From a virus (Duplodnaviria; Caudoviricetes), in the IMG/VR virus record IMGVR_UViG_3300032330_002177, positions 38,424-102,423 of that record: 64,000 nucleotides of DNA, one strand, 5' to 3'. Positions 57,976 through 64,000 of the stretch are shown piece after piece (position 1 is the stretch's first letter; each line of letters begins with the position of its first letter). A program made the position numbers and the translations under genes. The notes beneath the pieces are model-generated. The model worked only from the letters and a program-made list of their open reading frames with translations, did not search any database and had not been told where the DNA came from.

Positions 57976-58794
57976 ATGAAAATTAGAATAATAAAAGAAG
58001 GCGATGAAAAAAAGATGTTTCCTGTAAGAGGTTACTATAGGCCTGAGTCTAGTTTTCACACTATAAAAGAATGGGAACATATAGCTAAAGAATTTTTAGA
58101 TTTAGAATCTCAAGGATATGATGTTAGAGGAGGAGAGATAAGTGATAATGATCAATTAACAAAATTAGTTAACAAATATTTTGGCTTTCAATTATATAAT
58201 GAAACTGAATTATTTCCTCAGTTAACTAAAAAAATGGTGTTAGATTTTATTGAAGATTTTGTAAATCATAGAGTTTGGTCTTTAAAGGATGAATATAAAA
58301 GATATATTGTCAATTTAGATAATGATAAAATAGCTTTTTTTTATTCAAGAGGAGCACTTGAACCTTATATATTACTAGATGATCAATTTACTATAGACAC
58401 TTATGATAGTACTGATATTCAAGTAACATCATATCATTATACAACAGAAGAAGGATATAAAAATATTGTAGATTCTATTGATCAAGGTATTCAAATACCT
58501 ATTTCAACATTTACTACACAATTTAAAGAATTTTTTAGACCTGAAAGTAATATATTACTAAAGCTAAAAGGTAATTTAGTAGCGGCATTCCAATCAGATG
58601 TTAAATCAATATCAACAGATAGAGGTCATAAAGCTGCTAACTTATATAGATTTTCATTCCCAGACCATGAAAACAATTTATGTAGAAATTGGGAAGAATG
58701 TCAACAAAATAAAACCTATCTTTGGAATGAAATAATAATGACACCAACAGAAATATTAGATAGGAAAAAAGTTAAAACTAATAATAAAATATGA
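57976..58794 (+). CDS. possible ADP-ribosyltransferase-fold protein
   Basis: YHYT...ISTFT...WNEII pattern, weak. Confidence 0.4.
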   Translation: MKIRIIKEGDEKKMFPVRGYYRPESSFHTIKEWEHIAKEFLDLESQGYDVRGGEISDNDQLTKLVNKYFGFQLYNETELFPQLTKKMVLDFIEDFVNHRVWSLKDEYKRYIVNLDNDKIAFFYSRGALEPYILLDDQFTIDTYDSTDIQVTSYHYTTEEGYKNIVDSIDQGIQIPISTFTTQFKEFFRPESNILLKLKGNLVAAFQSDVKSISTDRGHKAANLYRFSFPDHENNLCRNWEECQQNKTYLWNEIIMTPTEILDRKKVKTNNKI

Positions 58795-59054
58795 GTCATC
58801 CTTACACTGACTTAGTTGTGACAGATGAATATATAATTCGTGAATTTGACGAAAATATTGATCCAATAGAATTAATGTGGCATCGAGATGATGAGAATAG
58901 ATTAGTTGAAGCAATAGAACCTACAGATTGGAAAATACAACTTGATAACGAGTTGCCATTAAGTATGGATAAGCCAATATTTATACCACGTCATATGTGG
59001 CATAGAGCTATAAAAGGAACAAATAAACTAAAATTGAAAATATACAAATCATGA
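58791..59054 (+). CDS. cupin-like protein
   Basis: WHRD...WKIQLD...IFIP...WHR. Confidence 0.7.
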   Translation: MSHPYTDLVVTDEYIIREFDENIDPIELMWHRDDENRLVEAIEPTDWKIQLDNELPLSMDKPIFIPRHMWHRAIKGTNKLKLKIYKS

Positions 59055-59494
59055 AAAAATCAGCTTTAAAGCAATTAATTAAAGAAGCTATTGAAGAAGT
59101 AAAACCAAAAGTTGAAGAAGAAGTACTTAACGAAGGATTTGCTCCTGAAACAGACGAAATTGGTTCTTTTTTTATTACAGAAATGCCAACATTAAGTTCA
59201 ACTATAGACGATATAGTATTTGAATGTAAAGATATTGCTTATTTTGCTAATCAAGTTAAAGGTGGTTTATCACCAAATGATGTGGCTGGTGTATTTAAAA
59301 CTGAAGCTAAAGCTAAAAAATTAGGTGAAAAATTACTTGCTGAACGTGATAAGAAAAAAACTGAAGCTAAAAAAGCAGGTGAAGCTTATAAAAAAATGAA
59401 AGAAGAAGCATTAGCTAAAGTACAAGAGTACATGAAAACTAAAGGTAAAACTAAGCAAGTAGTTGATGAGTTAACTGATGTAACCAAATCATAA
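59051..59494 (+). CDS. hypothetical protein with leader peptide
   Basis: MKKSALKQLIKE. Confidence 0.7.
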   Translation: MKKSALKQLIKEAIEEVKPKVEEEVLNEGFAPETDEIGSFFITEMPTLSSTIDDIVFECKDIAYFANQVKGGLSPNDVAGVFKTEAKAKKLGEKLLAERDKKKTEAKKAGEAYKKMKEEALAKVQEYMKTKGKTKQVVDELTDVTKS

Positions 59495-59784
59495 TGAAAC
59501 GTTCAGAATTAAGAAAAATAATTAAAGAAGCTTACATTGACTTATCTAAAGTTCATGTAGGGGACACTCAAAAAACTCCTGGCGTAACAACTAGAGTATC
59601 AGATATAGATCCTGAAACAGGAAAATTATCTTGGGATGTATCTTATGAAGCAGATCCAGAACAAGTATATAAACATTTAGTTGATTTATCAGATCTATTA
59701 AAAGACGCACCTAAAAATTCAGAAATGGGTAAAATAGGAGATATAGTTAAAAAACTTAAAAATCAAGTACATCGTTTAATATAA
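59494..59784 (+). CDS. hypothetical protein with leader peptide
   Basis: MKRSELRKIIKE. Confidence 0.7.
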   Translation: MKRSELRKIIKEAYIDLSKVHVGDTQKTPGVTTRVSDIDPETGKLSWDVSYEADPEQVYKHLVDLSDLLKDAPKNSEMGKIGDIVKKLKNQVHRLI

Positions 59785-59810
59785 AAATAAGAATTAAATT
59801 ATTTAAGATA

Positions 59811-60320
59811 ATGCAAGACAATTTCAACATACATGAATGGCGACTTAATCAGGTTATTCAAGAAACCGAAAAAATAAAAGGTAAAGACGGTAAAGGATGT
59901 TGGAAAGGATACCGATATAGTGGTACGGAAAATGGTAAAGACAAATGTATTCCTGTAAAAGAAGAAAAACAACTTTGTAATGAATGTGGAGCGGGATATA
60001 TGGAAGAAGGACAGTGTATGGAATGTGGTTACATGGAGGAAGAAGCTACATTCACAGACAAATATGATGATAATCCTAAATTAACAGGTGGACAAAAAGA
60101 ATTACCTGATGAAGTGCAAGCAGGAATTTTAAAGAAAGAAGGTATGGATCATGAAGTATCAATGGCTCAAAATAGCCTACAATCTATCATCAGTTCAGCA
60201 TCTCAACTAATAAATAAAATAGGAAATAACGAGAAGGATTTACCAGGATGGATTCAAGACCATATAACAAACGCTGAAAACTATATTGATCAAGCAAACC
60301 AAGGATACCACGAACTATAA
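59811..60320 (+). CDS. multi-segment hypothetical protein
   Basis: CWKGY...C, CNECG/CMECG, DLPGWIQDHIT modules. Confidence 0.7.
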   Translation: MQDNFNIHEWRLNQVIQETEKIKGKDGKGCWKGYRYSGTENGKDKCIPVKEEKQLCNECGAGYMEEGQCMECGYMEEEATFTDKYDDNPKLTGGQKELPDEVQAGILKKEGMDHEVSMAQNSLQSIISSASQLINKIGNNEKDLPGWIQDHITNAENYIDQANQGYHEL

Positions 60321-62047
60321 TGAAAAAAATCAAAATTATAAAATCAAGACCACTCAAAGAAGAAGAGGAAGTAATAGACCAACAACCACAAGATGTTGTT
60401 CCTGAACAACCTACTATTACCTTTGAGTCTAATCCTTTAGAATTTATACTTCAAAAATATCCAACGTTAAATAAAACATTAGTTGAATTATTAACTGAGG
60501 ATTTTAGAGATTATATTACTGGTGTTTATATAATGGCACCAAAACCAACTATATTTAAAGTAGTTTTGCATAATAATCGTAATTTCCATTTAATATTCAT
60601 GGGTGATAGTAATTATGAAGCTAAAGTAAGTGGTAAAAAATATTGGTTATCTAATGTAGGTGAACTACAAAATGCTACAATGTCTATAGCTGAATTATTA
60701 ATGCTAGGAACACCTCCATCAACTGAAGGCCCAGCAGAAGAATTACCACCAGCTGAAGGAACAGAAGGACCATCAGAAACACCTGAAGAAACATCTGAAG
60801 AAACACCATCTGAAAAAGAAGGAGGAGAAGAAGAAGGTGAATTACCTGAATTGAAAGAATCAATTCAACGATTTAAATCAATTCAACGATTTAAACGTAA
60901 ATTAACAGAAAGTTTATTATTAGAAGCGCCAAAACGAGAATACGAGATATTAACTCCCGATGCTAAAGAAGTAGCTCAAGTTTTAATTAAAAAATTAGGT
61001 ATAACTCAAGATCAAATAAAACCTAAATCATCAAATGGTATTGTTATATATGATGATAATAGAAAAAATTTAATTAGTACACTTGAAAAATTAGGAATAT
61101 ACGGTAAACCAAAAGATGAAAATTCAGGTGATTTTAAAGTAGATAATAAAATTAGTATTAATTTTAAACCATTAAAAACAAGTGGTGAATACTATGAATT
61201 AAAACCTCAATCTTTAGGTATAACAACAGATCAATTTATTTCCATAAATCAAACTAAAAAGGAATTAATAAATGGTTTAAAAAATCATAAAGCATTAAGT
61301 GACGAGCAAAAAGAATTCGCTATAGGTCTTGTAAATGGTAGAAATACATTATCACCTGAAGAAACTAAAGATATATTAGACGATACTGGATTCATAAATG
61401 AAGTATTGAAAAATTTAGGAGAAATTGTAGGAGCAATAGAATACGCTAAAAAAGTTAATGGTAATGCTTTATATTTTTTTCTCAAACCTAATGAACCTTT
61501 AGTTGATTATAAAGTAAAAACTAACGATAGAATAATAGATGTCAGTGCAAAAACTTCTAAAGGTAAAGGTAATTTAATTAAATTAGGAGATGTTTATGAA
61601 AAAATAAAAAATGCTAAACTAAAATTAGATCCAAAATATAAAGAATTTTTTGAAACAACTACAACTAAAAATCCTAGAATTTCTATTGGAGTAATGAATT
61701 TAATTAGTAAGTATGGAAGTCCTAATGTTAAAGAACTTTATAGAAAATTTCTAAAAGCAAATCCTGGTTATTTAGATAAAAGTCGTGCTGATGGTAGTAA
61801 ATATGGATATGATTCACAAACTAGAACTTTTATAGAAAGACAATTTATTAAAGATCTTAATAAAGAATTTGATTTTAATAAGTTATTTCGAAAAGCTATA
61901 GATATTCCATATGTTAAATATGATTTTGATAGAAATACCTTAAAACCAACTGTAAAAGTAATTCAAGGTGAAGATTTTAATGTCTATTTAGGTACTAAAA
62001 ACAGTAAAGGACATGATGGTGAGGGAATTGGTTTTCAATTAGCTTAA
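60320..62047 (+). CDS. two-part protein with C-terminal PD-(D/E)XK-like domain
   Basis: acidic linker; GEIVG...EPLVDY...VSAK. Confidence 0.55.
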   Translation: MKKIKIIKSRPLKEEEEVIDQQPQDVVPEQPTITFESNPLEFILQKYPTLNKTLVELLTEDFRDYITGVYIMAPKPTIFKVVLHNNRNFHLIFMGDSNYEAKVSGKKYWLSNVGELQNATMSIAELLMLGTPPSTEGPAEELPPAEGTEGPSETPEETSEETPSEKEGGEEEGELPELKESIQRFKSIQRFKRKLTESLLLEAPKREYEILTPDAKEVAQVLIKKLGITQDQIKPKSSNGIVIYDDNRKNLISTLEKLGIYGKPKDENSGDFKVDNKISINFKPLKTSGEYYELKPQSLGITTDQFISINQTKKELINGLKNHKALSDEQKEFAIGLVNGRNTLSPEETKDILDDTGFINEVLKNLGEIVGAIEYAKKVNGNALYFFLKPNEPLVDYKVKTNDRIIDVSAKTSKGKGNLIKLGDVYEKIKNAKLKLDPKYKEFFETTTTKNPRISIGVMNLISKYGSPNVKELYRKFLKANPGYLDKSRADGSKYGYDSQTRTFIERQFIKDLNKEFDFNKLFRKAIDIPYVKYDFDRNTLKPTVKVIQGEDFNVYLGTKNSKGHDGEGIGFQLA

Positions 62048-62071
62048 ATATTTATAATCATAATAAAAAAA

Positions 62072-62563
62072 ATGAAAAGACAAATTAACGAAATTAAAAA
62101 GATGCAGCTTTTAGCTGGTTTAATCACTGAAAGTGAATATCAAGAAGAAATAATGAAGAGTGAGGAAACAGTAGATGAAGTATACGGATTTGAAAATGAT
62201 GATCTTATCTATGATAATATGGTGACTATGGATAAGGAACAACTAATTTCAGATATGTTAAGAACAGCTGAAAAAGATCCATCAACAACTTTAAAAGATT
62301 ACTTGTTAAAATATGATTCTTCAATAGATGATGATGATGATTTTGATAGTGAAGAAGAAATAATAAATGAAGCTGAAATATCAAATAGTGAAATTTATGA
62401 GTATGTATCAAAAAATTATAAACCTTTTATCGCTCCAGGAGTTCAAAAAATGCTAGAAGGATTAGATAAGAAGTTTAATGATCTTGATCCAAAACAACAA
62501 AAATTAGTATTTGAAAATGTATCAAAAATAATGAAGTACCAAATGGAAGTTTGGAATAACTAA
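62072..62563 (+). CDS. acidic protein with leader peptide
   Basis: INEIKKMQLLAGLITE. Confidence 0.7.
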   Translation: MKRQINEIKKMQLLAGLITESEYQEEIMKSEETVDEVYGFENDDLIYDNMVTMDKEQLISDMLRTAEKDPSTTLKDYLLKYDSSIDDDDDFDSEEEIINEAEISNSEIYEYVSKNYKPFIAPGVQKMLEGLDKKFNDLDPKQQKLVFENVSKIMKYQMEVWNN

Positions 62564-62616
62564 AAACTAGAACAGATTCATTGCCTGTTCGATTAAATAT
62601 AAATAATTAGGAGTAG

Positions 62617-62646
62617 TGGCCCACCCAAAAGGTGGGCCATCTGTTT
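62617..62646 (+). terminator. intrinsic terminator
   Basis: TGGCCCACC...GGTGGGCCA then TCTGTTT. Confidence 0.7.
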
Positions 62647-62681
62647 GCCTGCGCAAGATTAAGATGCTATATTTAATTATT

Positions 62682-63173
62682 ATGAATATATTTTACATAG
62701 ACTCTGATCCAAAAGTAGCCGCGCGTCAATTAGTAGATGACCACATTCGTAAAATGCAAATCGAAAGTGCTCAAATGTTATGTACAACATTTCATCATTA
62801 TGGCATAGACGCTCCATATAAAAAAGCTCATTATAATCATCCATCAACTAAATGGGTTCGTGAATCAATTAATCATGTTAAATGGTTATTAGAACATGGT
62901 TTAGAAATATGTGATGAATTTGTTGTTAGGTATGGTAAAGAACATGCTACAAGAAAAGTTTTGCTTTGGGTAAAAGATAACTTATCTTTATTAGAAGATA
63001 AAATACCATCTACTGAATTTAAAGATCCACCACAATGTATGGATAATATTTATAAAAGTAATAATACATTAGAATCATATCGTAAATTTTATATAGAAGA
63101 AAAAATTAAAATTAAAAAACTAAATTATAATAAACTAAATAACACACCAGAATGGATAAAAAAATTGTTATAG
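62682..63173 (+). CDS. pyrimidine-dimer DNA glycosylase-like (DenV/Pyr_excise)
   Basis: MNIFY...DDHIRKM.IESAQML...HYNHPSTKWVRES; start ATG 62682 after TTTG-N20-TATATTTA. Confidence 0.75.
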   Translation: MNIFYIDSDPKVAARQLVDDHIRKMQIESAQMLCTTFHHYGIDAPYKKAHYNHPSTKWVRESINHVKWLLEHGLEICDEFVVRYGKEHATRKVLLWVKDNLSLLEDKIPSTEFKDPPQCMDNIYKSNNTLESYRKFYIEEKIKIKKLNYNKLNNTPEWIKKLL

Positions 63174-64000
63174 TAGGAGCTGGAGTAGCAGGCGTTAATT
63201 TCGCTACTAAACTTGTCGATAATGGGTATCCGGGCGAGTTAATAACAATAATTGATAAAGGAAACGATCCTCACAATCGTAAACCAGAGGAAGTTATGAC
63301 TGGTATGTTAGGAAGTGGAGGCTGGAGTGATGGTAAATTAACATATCACACAGCAATTGGTGGTCAATTATCTAAGTATTGTGGTGAAGAAAAAGCAATG
63401 GAATTGATGGATCAAGTTATTAGTAACTTTAGACGCTTTCACCCTAAACCAGAAGAAATATTCTGTTCTGACCCAGTAGCTGAACCAGATTTTATTAAAC
63501 CATACTTTGGTTTACGTTTATTCCCAGTATGGCATATTGGTAGTAACTATTTACACGAGATTGCTAAAGCATGGTATCAATATTTAGTTGATAAGGATGT
63601 TAGGTTTGCTTGGAATACTGAGATAGATGAAATTGACTTTAAAGGACAAATGGTGATTGGTAAACAAGGTAAAGCAGCAATGTTACCATATGATAAATTA
63701 ATATTCGCAGTAGGTAAATCAGGTATTGACTTTGCACAACAATTATCAGACGACTATAAATTACCAACTGAACCTAAATCAGTTCAAATAGGTGTTCGAT
63801 TTGAAGCACCACAAAAATATTTTCAGAAATTAATAGACATATCATATGATTTCAAATTATATCAGAAACATGAAAATGTTTCTTTACGTAGCTTTTGTAC
63901 TAATAATAATGCCGCTTACGTGGCCGTGGAGGAAACATACGGCGATATTACGTACAACGGCCATGCGAAAAAGGGCGAACAATATAGAAACGATATGACC
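63152..64000 (+). CDS. FAD-dependent oxidoreductase, runs off the window
   Basis: MDKKIVIVGAGVAG, GGWSDGKL, IGVRFE. Confidence 0.85.
   Translation, partial: MDKKIVIVGAGVAGVNFATKLVDNGYPGELITIIDKGNDPHNRKPEEVMTGMLGSGGWSDGKLTYHTAIGGQLSKYCGEEKAMELMDQVISNFRRFHPKPEEIFCSDPVAEPDFIKPYFGLRLFPVWHIGSNYLHEIAKAWYQYLVDKDVRFAWNTEIDEIDFKGQMVIGKQGKAAMLPYDKLIFAVGKSGIDFAQQLSDDYKLPTEPKSVQIGVRFEAPQKYFQKLIDISYDFKLYQKHENVSLRSFCTNNNAAYVAVEETYGDITYNGHAKKGEQYRNDMT

Noticed and set aside
1485-62411. All minus-strand ORFs in the track
   Set aside because: They are short antisense shadows of + strand genes or promoters, with no motifs

Overview
A 64 kb, very AT-rich segment of a large contractile-tailed (T4-like baseplate) dsDNA phage. 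The host is probably Bacteroidota: genes lack Shine-Dalgarno sites, start in an AAAGTT-ATG context and carry TAnnTTT-type -7 promoter boxes. Essentially all real genes are on the + strand in standard code. Layout: (1) 1-23.3 kb early/accessory region with many small ORFs, 19 of the 22 copies of a TGACC-N13-TAnnTTTA promoter, thioredoxin, DUF932, metallophosphoesterase, two tRNAs, thyA, a RadA-like ATPase and a vWA/MoxR module; (2) glutaredoxin, HD protein and a gp55-like sigma factor; (3) 26-46 kb baseplate/tail genes; (4) GIY-YIG nuclease, primase, exonuclease; (5) a small early-gene island; (6) 50-62.5 kb genes sharing N-terminal leader peptides; (7) DenV-like glycosylase and a partial FAD oxidoreductase. 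Best candidates for novel biology: a tandem array of nine very basic microproteins (9.7-11.2 kb, mostly missed by the ORF track) that all carry YxxRG, most within a Y-x-x-R-G-x-x-x-R-x-x-K-hydrophobic consensus; a gp5-like spike apparently split into pieces with two paralogous cassettes carrying four different hydrolase-type domains; and a set of probable capsid-packaged enzymes with L-x-E leader and junction sites. All family assignments come from motifs recognised by eye, not database searches.
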